Both the position numbers and the translations under genes were made by a program. Shown here one piece after another: positions 49,701 through 61,781 of a stretch of DNA of 64,000 nucleotides. The DNA is from Octopus sinensis (Eukaryota): NCBI RefSeq assembly GCF_006345805.1, contig NW_021833827.1, positions 1-64,000 of the forward strand, given 5' to 3'. The stretch's first letter is position 1; each line of letters opens with the position of its first letter. The notes under the pieces were generated by a model. It had not been told where the DNA came from. It ran no database searches and saw only the letters and a program-made list of their open reading frames with translations.

Positions 49701-51017
49701 TTGATAAAGAGGAAACTAAAGAAGGTAGATCATAGTTTTAAAATTTTGAAGATTGAGAAAAGGGACAAATGTTGAGGATATTCTTACGAGTTTGATAAGA
49801 GGAAACTAACGAAGGTAGATCATAGTTTTAAAATTTTGAAGAAGAGAAAAGGGACAAATGTTGTGGATATTCTTACGAGTTTGATAAAGAGGAAACTAAC
49901 GAAGGTAGATCATAGTTTTAAAATTTTGAAGATTGAGAATAGGAACAAATGTTGACGATATTCTTACGAGTTTGATAAAGAGGAAACTAAAGAAGGTAGA
50001 TCATAGTTTTAAAATTTTGAAGAAGAGAAAAGGGACAAATGTTGAGGATATTCTTACGAGTTTGATAAAGAGGAAACTAAAGAAGGTAGATCATAGTTTT
50101 AAAATTTTGAAGATTGAGAAAAGAAACAAATGTTGACGATATTCCAACGAGTTTGATAAAGAGGAAACTAAAGAAGGTAGATCATTGTTTTAAAATTTTG
50201 AAGAAGAGAAAAGGGACAAATTTGACGATATTCTTACGAGTTTGATAAAGAGGAAACTAACGAAGGCAGATCATTGTTTTAAAATTTTAAAGAAGAGAAA
50301 AGGGACAAATGTTGACGATATTCTGAGTTTGATAAAGAGGAAACTAAAGAAGGTAGATCATAGTTTTATAATTTTGAAGAAGTGAAAAGGGAGAAATGTT
50401 GACGATATTCTTACGAGTTTGATAAAGAGGAAACTAAAGAAGGTAGATCATAGTTTTAAAATTTTGAAGATTGAGAAAAGGAACAAATGTTGAGGATATG
50501 CTTACGAGTTTGATAAAGAGGAAACTAAAGAAGGTAGATCATTGTTTTAAAATTTTGAAGAAGAGAAAAGGGACAAATGTTGAGGATATTCTTACGAGTT
50601 TGATAAAGAGGAAACTAACGAAGGCAGATCATTTTTTAAAAATTTTGAAGAAGAGAAAAGGGACAAATGTAGACGATATTCTTACGAGTTTGATAAAGAG
50701 GAAACTAACGAAGGCAGATCATTGTTTTAAAATTTTAAAGAAGAGAAAAGGGACAAATGTTGACGATATTCTGAGTTTGATAAAGAGGAAACTAAAGAAG
50801 TTAGATTATAGTTTTAAAATTTCGAAGAAGAGAAAAGGGACAAATGTTGACGATATGCTTACGAGTTTGATAAAGAGGAAACTAAAGAAGGTAGATCATA
50901 GTTTTAAAATTTTGAAGATTGAGAAAAGGAACAAATGTTGAAGATATGCTTACGAGTTTGATAAAGAGGAAACTAAAGAAGGTAGATCATAGTTTTAAAT
51001 TTTAGAAGAAGAGAAAA
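19747..51017 (+). repeat. ~31.3 kb satellite array, ~346 units of 90/91 bp
   Basis: Unit GAGAAAAGGAACAAATGTTGACGATATTCTTACGAGTTTGATAAAGAGGAAACTAAAGAAGGTAGATCATAGTTTTAAAATTTTGAAGAA (29% GC, 20 G versus 6 C). The 91-bp variant ends GAAGATT and 87/88-bp variants carry a 3-bp deletion. Confidence 0.98.
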
Positions 51018-51042
51018 CAGACGATCACCTATTGTATTCTTA

Positions 51043-51427
51043 CTAGCAGTATTGCCCAACGTTGCTCGGGTTTGTAAGGGAAATAACTATATAAGCATTT
51101 TTAGAGATTTATATCCAAAAAATAGCAAAAAATGCATCTAAAAATGGAAAAAAAATTATGGTAAACCTTTTTAAAATCGTTGACTTATCATAGACATTTA
51201 TAGAGAGTTACTTCCCTTATATAATAGTGAAAAAATGCATTAAAATGGAAAAAAATGATGTTAATTTTTTCTTGAATCGTAGACTCATGCTAATACCCAA
51301 AAGGGCTTGATATGAATCACAACTATAAGATACCCGGTTTTGGTTAAACTGCACCGCGAAATGTGGGAGTAGTTAGGAATCTAAATCGTAGGAGACAGAC
51401 ACACAACTTCCCTTTTATAGATAAAGA
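51043..51427 (-). mobile_element. Non-autonomous Helitron (same family as 766-1,264)
   Basis: Minus-strand A|TC...hairpin...CTAG|T with two internal ~101-bp repeats. The joined flanks restore a satellite-like unit. Confidence 0.85.
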
Positions 51428-51897
51428 TAACTTGAAAGAAATGAAAATGGGTAAAGGTAGATCATACTTTTAAAACGTAAAACTTTAAAAAAATAGACAA
51501 GTGAGCGTTGATTGTACTCTTTGTAATTTAAAAGAAAAGAAAGGGGGGAATGTAGATCACACGTTCGTACCATTGAAGAAGAAAATGGTTGAAGGAAATC
51601 AAACTCTTACACCTTTATAAACGAGAAAAAGAGATGAGAATGGATGATATTCTTACAGTTTTTGAAAAGAGAAAACAGTCAAAGAAAAATTATAATCTTA
51701 CAACTTTGAAGAAAAGATGAAGGTAGATGATATTCTAACGAGTTTAATAAAGAGGAAACTGATGAAGGCAGATCGTATTCTGGTGAGTTTGGCAAAGAGA
51801 AAACAGACGATTCTAGATCATACATGTATAACTTTAAAGAAGAGAAAACAAGCGAAGGTAGATCATCCTCTTACAACTGTAAGAAGTAGAAAATGAC
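51428..51897 (+). repeat. Diverged 45-bp monomeric satellite, right flank
   Basis: Anchors at 51,723, 51,768, 51,813 and 51,858 are exactly 45 bp apart. Confidence 0.85.
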
Positions 51898-51964
51898 CAT
51901 GGGCGTAACTTCGGTATAAGTACCGGATACATTTCAAGAAAGTGTTTTTTTTATATATGTATTA

Positions 51965-52185
51965 CTTTACTACCCACAAGGGGCCTAAACACAGAGGGGA
52001 CAAACAAGGACAGACAAAGGGATTAAGTCGATTACATCGACCCCAGTGCGAAACTGGTACTTTATTTATCGACCCCGAAAGTATGAAAGGCAAAGTGGAC
52101 CGCGGCGGAATTTGAACTCAGAACGTAACGACAGACGAAATACCGCTAAGCATTTCGCCCGGTGCGCTATCGTTCCGCCAGCTCG
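51965..52185 (-). mobile_element. Family D SINE
   Basis: Single-unit copy matching 62,251-62,483. Confidence 0.85.
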
Positions 52186-52870
52186 GGGGGGGGGGGAGAG
52201 AAAAGGGCTTCTGTTATCTTCAGAAATGTAAACAAAGCCACGTGTGTACTTATACCGAAGGATCGCCTGGCCATGAATACAAAATATAGGTAGAAAGACA
52301 GAAAATCGCTGGAGATAAAAGGATCAGTGTTTTTTTGGTTATCTCACCCCCATTAAAAATTTGCCATTAAAAAACTGGGTCATCGCGCCACTCAAAAATT
52401 GAGTTTATGTGGTGGACAAGAGATTGGATTAAAAGGGTTAGACCCTTTTGATTCAATACTTCAACACATTGTTGACATTTGACCTCTTCAATATGCATGG
52501 TATTCCATTGATAGCGCCTGTTGTTGGTGTTTAGTCCTAGTTAATCAATCTTAATCATAGGGGGTTCCATTCATGACCAACCTGTCTTAAACATGACCTA
52601 TCTGGTACAGCATTAATTGGGATATCCTTCCATTTCCGGTAGGTAAAGTAAAGGTACCATTTCAAATTGGTTTGACAGCTATTTCTGGCAAATTGTACAG
52701 AACTTAGAGATCAAAGTGGGGTTCCATCCATGACTGTCCAGTCTTATCTTTGGCATGGCACAATGTTCCATCGTTTTCAAAACAATTGGAGGTAATTTCA
52801 GGCTGGTCTGACTTCTATTTCTAGCAAGTTCACTGACCTATTATTTAGTACACCACTGGGTCAAGAGTAA

Positions 52871-52871
<1 letters not shown>

Positions 52872-52909
<38 letters not shown>

Positions 52910-53230
52910 AACTGATGGTGGTGATGGCAGTGGTGGTAGTTATGGTGGTACTAGTAGTAGTGGAAGTCATTACAGTGCAGTGATGGTGATGGTAGTAGTA
53001 GTGCTGGTTGTAGTGGGGATGGTGGTGGTGGTAGTAGTAGTGGTGTCGTGGGAGTGATGTGATACTTGTAATGACTGGTGGTAGTAGTAGTAGTAGTGGT
53101 AGTGGTGGTGGTAGTAGTAGTGGTGTCGTGGGAGTGATGTGGTGGTACTTGTAATGACTGGTGGTAATGACGGTTGTAGTGGTGGTGGTGGGGATGGTGG
53201 TATGATGGTGGTGGTGGTGGTGGTAGTAGT
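52872..53230. repeat. (GTA)n/(GTG)n degenerate trinucleotide repeat
   Basis: Visible directly. Confidence 0.85.
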
Positions 53231-53481
53231 AGAGGTCGCCTATGATTAATGTCTCTCTTAAGAGAGACAGAAAAGAGATAGGTGGACAACATCAGGGCCT
53301 ACCACTGGCTTCCTAGGGGGTCACCCTTGATGGTCCAGAGAGAGGTGGGGAGAGAGAGAGAGAGAGACTGTAAAAGGAGAGAGATAGAGAGAGACAAACA
53401 CAGAAAGTGAGAATAAGAAATTAAGAGTGTGTGTATGTTTGTGTGATTGCATGTTCAAGTGTATGCTAGCGTATGTATGAG

Positions 53482-53868
53482 TGGAGGCGCAATGGCCCAG
53501 TGGTTAGGGCAGCGGACTCGCGGTCATAGGATCGCAGTTTCGATTCCCAGACCGGGCGTTGTGAGTGTTTATTGAGCGAAAACACCTAAAAAGCTCCACG
53601 AGGCTCCGGCAGGGGATGGTGGTGATCCCTGCTGTACTCTTTCACCACAACTTTCTCTCACTCTTACTTCCTGTTTCTGTTGTACCTGTATTTCAAGGGG
53701 CCGGCCTTGTCACTCTCTGTGTCACGCTGAATATCCCCGAGAACTACGTTAAGGGTGCACGTGTCTGTGGAGTGCTCAGCCACTTACACGTTAATTTCAC
53801 GAGCAGGCTGTTCCGTTGATTCGGATCAACCGGAACCCTTATTGTCGTAACCAACGGAGTGCTTCCAC
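53482..53868 (+). mobile_element. tRNA-derived SINE, family E
   Basis: GGAGGCGCAATGGCCCAGTGGTTAGGGCAG (A box) ... GTTTCGATTCCC (B box). Copies at 19,198 and 57,951. Confidence 0.9.
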
Positions 53869-54250
53869 CACAGTGTATGTATGTATGTATATCTGTCTGT
53901 CTGTCTATCTGTCTATCTATCTATCTAATTTATCTGTCATTTTTCCTCTCTCTCTTTTTCTCTTTCTATGTATATATATATGCATGCGTGTGTGTGTGTG
54001 TGGGGGGCAGAGAGGTGGTAAACAGACAGACAGTCACAGGGAAAAGAAAGAAGATAACACTATCTCTCTCTCTCCCCCTGACTTTCTGCATGTGTGTGTG
54101 TGTGTGTATATATATCTATCTATCTACCTGTATGTATACACGCATGCATGTACACACATACACATATCCAGAGAAATAGAAACAGACAATGACAAAAAAT
54201 GAAGCCCAAAGGTGAATATATATACATATACATACACACGCGCATATATA

Positions 54251-54400
54251 TAGGCATAGGAGTGGCTGTATGCTAAGTAGCTTGCTTACCAACCACATGG
54301 TTCCGGGTTCAGTCCCACTGCATGGCACCTTGGGCAAGTGTCTTCTACTATAGCCTCAGGCGACCGAAGCCTTGTGAAACTGAAAGAAGCCCATCATATA

Positions 54401-54467
<67 letters not shown>

Positions 54468-54680
54468 TTGTGGTGTATCAGTTTTTGTCCCCCCAACATC
54501 GCTTGACAACTGATGCTGGTGTGCTTACGTCCCCATAACTTAGCGGTTCGGCGAAAGAGACCGATAGAATAAGTGCTAGGTTTACAAAGACTAAGTCCTG
54601 GGGTCGATGTGCATGACTAAAGGCGGCGCTCCAGCATGGCCACAGTCAAATGACTGAAACAAGTAAAAGAGTAAAGAGTA
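54251..54680 (+). mobile_element. Family C SINE
   Basis: Head, internal (TA)n(TG)n and GAGTAAA tail. Confidence 0.85.
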
Positions 54681-54923
54681 CACATATACATACACACATA
54701 TACATACACACATATATACACACACACACATATATATACACACATATATATATACACATATATATATATACACACATATATATACATACACATATATATA
54801 TATACACACATATATATATACACACATATATATATACACACACATATATATATACACACATATATATATACACACATATATATATACACACATATATATA
54901 TATACATACATATATATATATAC

Positions 54924-54954
<31 letters not shown>

Positions 54955-54980
54955 CATATATATATATACATATATATACA

Positions 54981-55038
<58 letters not shown>

Positions 55039-55527
55039 CATATATATACAAATATACATATACACATACATACATACATGAAGAGGAAGTTTGGCAGGAA
55101 GAGACAGAAGAGGAGATGGAGAGGCATAAAAGAAGAAAGAGAAAAATCAATGTTATTGGACACACAATAATGGTCTGGCCGATTTCACACCAGACAGACA
55201 GAATTATGGGATAGACAAAGCTTCCAGAATTATCTCCTCTCATCACTTTTCATTAATAATTAACGAACTAACGAACTAGCAAAACTAACGAAGTGGTGTG
55301 GTGACGTCTCCAGCAACAAACCTAACGTGTTTCCTGTGTGAGGTTATGTGGATGTGTGTGTGTGTAAGCATATATATATATAAATAATGTGTATAATATA
55401 TATATATATATATATAATATATTATATATATATAATGTATATATATAATATATATATATATATATTATTTATATATATATAAATAATGTGTATATATACA
55501 TATTAATATATATATATATTATATATA

Positions 55528-55564
<37 letters not shown>

Positions 55565-55641
55565 GTATATATATGTATATATATTATATATATATCATCA
55601 TCATCATCATCGTTTAACTAATGTGTATATATATATATAAT

Positions 55642-55683
<42 letters not shown>

Positions 55684-55857
55684 TATATATATATTGCATT
55701 CGCATACATATGCACACACACATGCATTTCAATTTAGCCACACATATATAGACACATACATCTGCATATACACCTACAAACACACATATACACATATAGA
55801 GAGAGAGGGGGGGAGAGAAACTAGAAATACGTTTCTATATATATATATAGATAGATA

Positions 55858-55911
<54 letters not shown>

Positions 55912-56400
55912 ACACCACAATTATATATATATGTAGACATGCATATATGTATATATATATATACACATATAAATTGGAAGTCATGTATATGTATTATATA
56001 TATTATATATATATATGTGTGTGTGTGTGGGTGGGTGGATATTAAATGCATATTATATATATATAATACATACACACACATACAAACATATGTATGTATA
56101 TGCATCCTGATGTGTGCTATTGTATTTTGCTGTTGGCTTTTATTTTACACCCATACTAATACACAGACATACATACATATACATACACTAACATTATATA
56201 TGTGTATATATATATATATATATATAGATATATATATATATTTATATATACATACATATATATGTGTGTGTATGTGTATATACCTGGATGTGTGGCCTCT
56301 GCATTGAGCTTTACATATACATAAACATTCATTTAATACGTGTACGTGTATACGCACACACAAGTAAACACACGCATACATGTCCACACACCTGACAGTA
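54681..56400. repeat. (TA)n/(CA)n/(TACA)n microsatellite-rich tract
   Basis: Visible directly. It includes a short unique spacer at ~55,080-55,350. Confidence 0.8.
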
Positions 56401-56469
56401 TTGCTGAGTGTTAACTACTACTACTACTACTACTACTACAGCACAAATTCATTGTCGTATATAGTATTT

Positions 56470-56609
56470 TTATAGCTATTATTATTAATTATTATTATTA
56501 TTATTATCATTATTATTATTATATTAATTTATTGTTGTTGTTATTATATTATTATTATTATTATTATTATCATTATTATCCATTATTATTATTATAGTTA
56601 TTATGATTA

Positions 56610-56641
<32 letters not shown>

Positions 56642-57060
56642 GTTGTTGTTATTATTATGATTATTAATTATTATATTATTATTATTATTGTTATATTATT
56701 ATCATTATTATTATATTATTATTATATTATATTATTATTATCATTATTATCATTATTATCATTATTATTATTATTATGATTATTATTATTATTATTATTA
56801 TTATCATTATTATTATTATCATTATTATTATTATTATCATTATTATTATTATTATTATTATGATTATTATTATTATCTTATTATCATTATCATTATTATT
56901 ATTATGATTATTATTATTATCATTATTATTATTATTATTATCATTATTATCATTATTATTATTATCATTATTATAATTATTATTATTATCATTATTATTA
57001 TTATTATCATTATTATTATTATTATTATTATAATTATTATTATTATTATTATAATTATTA

Positions 57061-57095
<35 letters not shown>

Positions 57096-57115
57096 GTTAT
57101 TATTATTATTATCCT
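56470..57115. repeat. ~650-bp (ATT)n/(ATC) microsatellite
   Basis: Visible directly. It generates the poly-I/Y/N ORFs. Confidence 0.95.
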
Positions 57116-57411
57116 CATCGTTATAGGTGTGGTTGTTGTTTTTCTGTCCACCTTCAAGTTCTGAGTTCAAATCCCCACTGAAGTCAACTATCTTTCAACC
57201 TTTCGGGGCCAATACAAATAAGTAATCAGATATATACTCAGTTTGATGTAATCGACTTAGGTCCTCCCCCAAAACTTTGCTGGCCTTGTGCCAAAATTTG
57301 AGATATTATTATCATGTCTTTTGTGCTGTTGCATGTCAGTTAATGTTATTTTATGTGAGACCTTGTGGCTAATAAAAGAATAAATTATCATTATTATTAA
57401 TATATATGCAG

Positions 57412-57923
57412 CTGTGATACCAGTGCTAGTGGCACGTAAGAGAACGATCCGAACGTAGCCGTTGCCAGCACCGCCCTGACTGGCCTCGTGCCGGTGGCAC
57501 GTAAAAGGCACCATCCATTCGTGGCCGTTTGCCAGCCTCGTCTGGCCCCTGTGCTGGTGGCACGTAAAAAGCACCATCCGTTCGTGGCCGTTGCCAGCCT
57601 CGCCTGGCACCCGTGCTGGTGGCACGTAAAAAGCACCATCCGTTCGTGGCCGTTTGCCAGCCTCGTCTGGCCCCCGTGCTGGTGGCACGTAAAAAGCACC
57701 ATCCAATCATGGCCGTTTGCCAGCCTCGTCTGGCACCTGTGCCGGTGGCACGTAAAAAGCACCCACTACACTCATGGAGTGGTTGGCATTAGGAAGGGCA
57801 TCCAGCTGTAGAAACACTGCCAGATCAGACTGGGCCTGGTGCAGCCTTCTGGCTTCCCAGACCCCAGTTGAACCGTCCAACCCATGCTAGCATGGAAAAC
57901 AGACGTTAAACGATGATGATGAT
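57412..57923 (+). mobile_element. Family B SINE-like element with an internal 62-63-bp VNTR
   Basis: GGTGGCAC at 57,493, 57,556, 57,618, 57,681 and 57,744, followed by the family B tail. Confidence 0.88.
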
Positions 57924-57950
57924 GGTGTGTATATATATATATATATATAT

Positions 57951-58165
57951 CGTGGCATTCCGTCGGTTACGACGACGAGGGTTCCAGTTGATCTGATCAA
58001 CGGAACAGACTGCTCATGGAATTAACATGCAAGTGGCTGAGCACTCCACAGACATATGTACCCTTAACGTAGTTCTCAGAGAGATTCAGCGTGACACGGA
58101 GTGTAGCAACGCTGGCCCCTTTGAAATACAGGTGCAACAGAAACAGGCAGAAAGAGTGAGAGAAA
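57951..58165 (-). mobile_element. Family E SINE 3' half
   Basis: Matches the reverse complement of ~53,650-53,865. Confidence 0.8.
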
Positions 58166-58169
58166 TACC

Positions 58170-58558
58170 TTTTTCTTTACTACCCACAAGGGGCTAAACA
58201 CAGAAGGGACAAACAAGGACAGACAAACGGATTAAGTTGATTATATTGACCCCAGTGCATAACTGGTACTTATTTAATTGACCCCGAAAGGATGAAAGGC
58301 ATAGTCGACCTCGGCGGAATTTGAACTCAGAACATAGTGGCAGACGAAATATCTATTTCTTTACTACCCACAAGGGGCTAAACACAGAGAGGACAAACAA
58401 TGTCAGACAAACAGATTAAGTCGATTACATCAACCCCAGTGTGTAACTGGTACTTATTTAATCGACCCCGAAAGAATGAAAGGCAAAGTCGACCTCGGCG
58501 GAATTTGAACTCAGAACGTAACGGCAGATGAAATATGGCTACGCATTTCACCTGGCGT
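58170..58558 (-). mobile_element. Family D SINE tandem dimer (~185-bp period)
   Basis: TTTCTTTACTACCC at ~58,172 and ~58,357. Confidence 0.85.
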
Positions 58559-58572
58559 CTTCATCACCACCC

Positions 58573-58633
<61 letters not shown>

Positions 58634-58645
58634 GACAATTCTCTA

Positions 58646-59076
58646 TAGGCACAGGAGTGGCTGTGTGGTAAGTAGCCTGTCTACCAACAACATGGTTCCA
58701 GGTTCAGTCCCGCTGCGTGGCACCTTGGGCAAGTGTCTTCTGCTATAGCCTCGGGCCGACCAAAGCCTTGTGAGTGGATTTGGTAGACAGAAACTGAAAG
58801 AAGCCTGTCGTATATATGTATATATATATGTATATGTGTGTATATGTTTGTGTGTCTGTGTTTGTCCCCCCCCCCAGCATTGCTTGACAACCGATGCTGG
58901 TGTGTTTACGTCCCTGTCACTTAGCGGTTCGGCAAAAGAGACCGATAGAATAAGTACTGGGCTTACAAAGAATAAGTCCCGGGGTCGATTTGCTCGACTA
59001 AAGGCGGTGCTCCAGCATGGCCGCAGTCAAATGACTGAAACAAGTAAAAGAGTAAAAGAGTAAAAGAGTAAGAGTA
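58646..59076 (+). mobile_element. Family C SINE, full length
   Basis: Head through a (GAGTAAAA)x3 tail. Confidence 0.88.
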
Positions 59077-59099
59077 TACTGGAAACACAAAGCCTCAAA

Positions 59100-60111
59100 T
59101 TTGGGGGAAGGGTTTAAGTCAATTACATTGACCCTAGTACACAACTGGTACTTAATTTATCAACCGCAAAAGGATGAAAGAAATAGGTGACCTTGATGGA
59201 ATTTGAACACAGAACATAAACGATGTGATAAGCGATTTGATAAGCGATGTGATAAACGATGTGATAAGCGATTTGATAAGCGATGTGATAAGCGATGTGA
59301 TAAACGATGTGATAAGCGATGTGATAAGCGATGTGATAAGCGATTTGATAAGCGATGTGATAAGCGATTTGATAAGCGATTTGATAAGCGATGTGATAAG
59401 CGATGTGATAAGCGATTTGATAAGCGATGTGATAAGCGATGTGATAAGCGATGTGATAAGCGATTTGATAAGCGATGTGATAAGCGATGTGATAAGCGAT
59501 TTGATAAGCGATGTGATAAACGATGTGATAAGCGATTTGATAAGCGATTGATAAGCGATGTGATAAACGATGTGATAAGCGATTTGATAAGCGATGTGAT
59601 AAGCGGTGTGATAAGCGATTGATAAGCGATTGTGATAAGCGAGTGTGATAAGCGATGTGATAAGCAGCGAGTGATAAGCGATGTGATAAGCGATGTGATA
59701 AGCGATTGATAAGCGATGTGATAGCGATGTGATAAGCGATGTGATAAGCGATGTGATAAGCGATGTGATAAGCGATGTGATAAGCGATGTGATAAGCGAT
59801 GTGATAAGGATTGTGATAAGCGATTTGATAAGCGATGTGATAAGCGATGTGATAAGCGATGTGATAAGCGATGTGATAAGCGATGTGATAAGCGATGTGA
59901 TAAGCGATGTGATAAGCGATGTGATAAGCGATTTGATAAGCGATGTGATAAGCGATGTGATAAGCGATGTGATAAGCGATGTGATAAGCGATGTGATAAG
60001 CGATGTGATAAGCGATTTGATAAGCGATGTGATAAGCGATGTGATAAGCGATGTGATAAGCGATGTGATAAGCGATGTGATAAGCGATGTGATAACGATT
60101 GTGCCAGCTCG
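59100..60111 (-). mobile_element. Family D-type SINE split by a minisatellite
   Basis: Body at 59,100-59,220 and head remnant GTGATAACGATTGTGCCAGCTCG at ~60,089-60,111. Confidence 0.6.
59221..60095 (+). repeat. 12-bp minisatellite (CGATGTGATAAG)n, ~73 copies
   Basis: Visible directly, with variants CGATTTGATAAG and CGATGTGATAAA. Confidence 0.97.
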
Positions 60112-60442
60112 TTATAATAATGAGTTTATTGTATACAGTTCCCAGGTGTTCTATAACTTATCAGAATTACCTAAAATGGATGAAAAGGTGGAAGAACAAC
60201 TTTAGGTCAATTAAAGAAAGACGGCAACGAAAACCAGAAGAACATTTATGGCAAACAGGATACAACACAGTATTAAAGGAAATGTAAATAGCAAAACAAG
60301 TTCTGAAGAGGAGAGGGTGTGATTTGAGGGAGACTTGGCTGCTATTTCTAGCAGCTGTAGCTACCATGTTGAGTACTCCTGCATTGGCTTATATATTGCA
60401 CGGAATTTTTTTTTGCAGGATGCAATGTACAACACAGACACA

Positions 60443-60469
60443 TGCATGTGTGTGTGTATGTGTGTGTGT

Positions 60470-60512
<43 letters not shown>

Positions 60513-60622
60513 GTGTGTATGTGTGTGTGTGTGTGTATGTGTGTGTGTATGTGTGTGTGTGTATGTGTGTGTGTGTGTGTATGTATGTGTGTGTGTATGT
60601 GTGTGTTGTGTGTGTGTGTGTA

Positions 60623-60654
<32 letters not shown>

Positions 60655-60777
60655 TGTTGTGTGTGTGTGTATGTGATTGGATCAACTGGAAAACTGTCAT
60701 ATCTGACAGACTGCAGCTTATATATATATATATATATAATGTGTGTGTGTGTATATATATATATGTATATATATATT

Positions 60778-60808
<31 letters not shown>

Positions 60809-60949
60809 TATGTGTGTGGTGTGTGTATATATGTAAGAATACACATACACATTCATGTATATATGTACATACATACATACATATATATATATATATACAC
60901 ACATGCACATATATATGTGTTTGTGTACATATATGTGAGTTTGTGTATA

Positions 60950-60982
<33 letters not shown>

Positions 60983-61129
60983 TATATATATATATATATG
61001 AGTGTATGTGGGTATACATATATAAACACACATATATATATACACAGATATAGACACACACATACATATATATGTATAAATATATATATATGTACTGCAT
61101 GTATACATACTTGCACATATACATATGCA

Positions 61130-61178
<49 letters not shown>

Positions 61179-61202
61179 GCACATACACATATATATATGT
61201 AT

Positions 61203-61250
<48 letters not shown>
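60443..61250. repeat. (TG)n then (TA)n/(CA)n microsatellites
   Basis: Visible directly. Confidence 0.9.
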
Positions 61251-61251
<1 letters not shown>

Positions 61252-61681
61252 TATCTTGCTGTATGTATAGTTCATCCTGGGATAGGAACATCAATGAAGT
61301 CGATCAATACAATGAATATTTTAACAGAATTGCCCTAATTATTAATTAATAATTAATAACACCAGCCCTTCACGTGGCTAGACTTCACGTAGTTGTAGAA
61401 ACATCACCATTACATGCCATATGTGTATGTATGTGCATACAAACTTATATGTATATATGTGTATATATATATGTGTGTGTGGTGTCTGTGTGTATGCCAA
61501 TGGATGTATGTCATCTCTTGTGTTAAGTATTCCAATAGTTTGATCAAACAGAACTAATCTACTCATTGAATTTTAGTGTAAGTGGTGGCTGAGTATACCA
61601 TGGTGACTCAAAACCTAACATAACATAAACACTCACACACAGTTATATATATATATATATTATATATATATATATATATAT

Positions 61682-61726
<45 letters not shown>

Positions 61727-61781
61727 CATATATATATATACATATATATATATAATATATATAATATATATATAATATATA

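Noticed and set aside
19747-51017. Satellite as a gene for a 30-aa basic amphipathic repeat protein (KRKGTNVDDILTSLIKRKLKKVDHSFKILK)
   Set aside because: A large share of units are 91 bp and shift into stop-rich frames, and the longest ORF is 156 aa. With eight stop triplets per unit, one open frame has a rough chance of 0.1. In the diverged flank (51,723-51,897), substitutions show no third-position bias.
52230-52870. Non-repeat-looking segment with a weak ~155-bp internal similarity; also 13,670-14,340, 60,110-60,300 and 63,000-63,340
   Set aside because: No recognisable domain, splice-supported exon or clear structure. Exons cannot be excluded without RNA-seq.
59203-60205. KRCD and ISDV repeat ORFs
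   Set aside because: They are by-products of a 12-bp unit, are broken by indels at ~59,545-59,730, and have no gene context.
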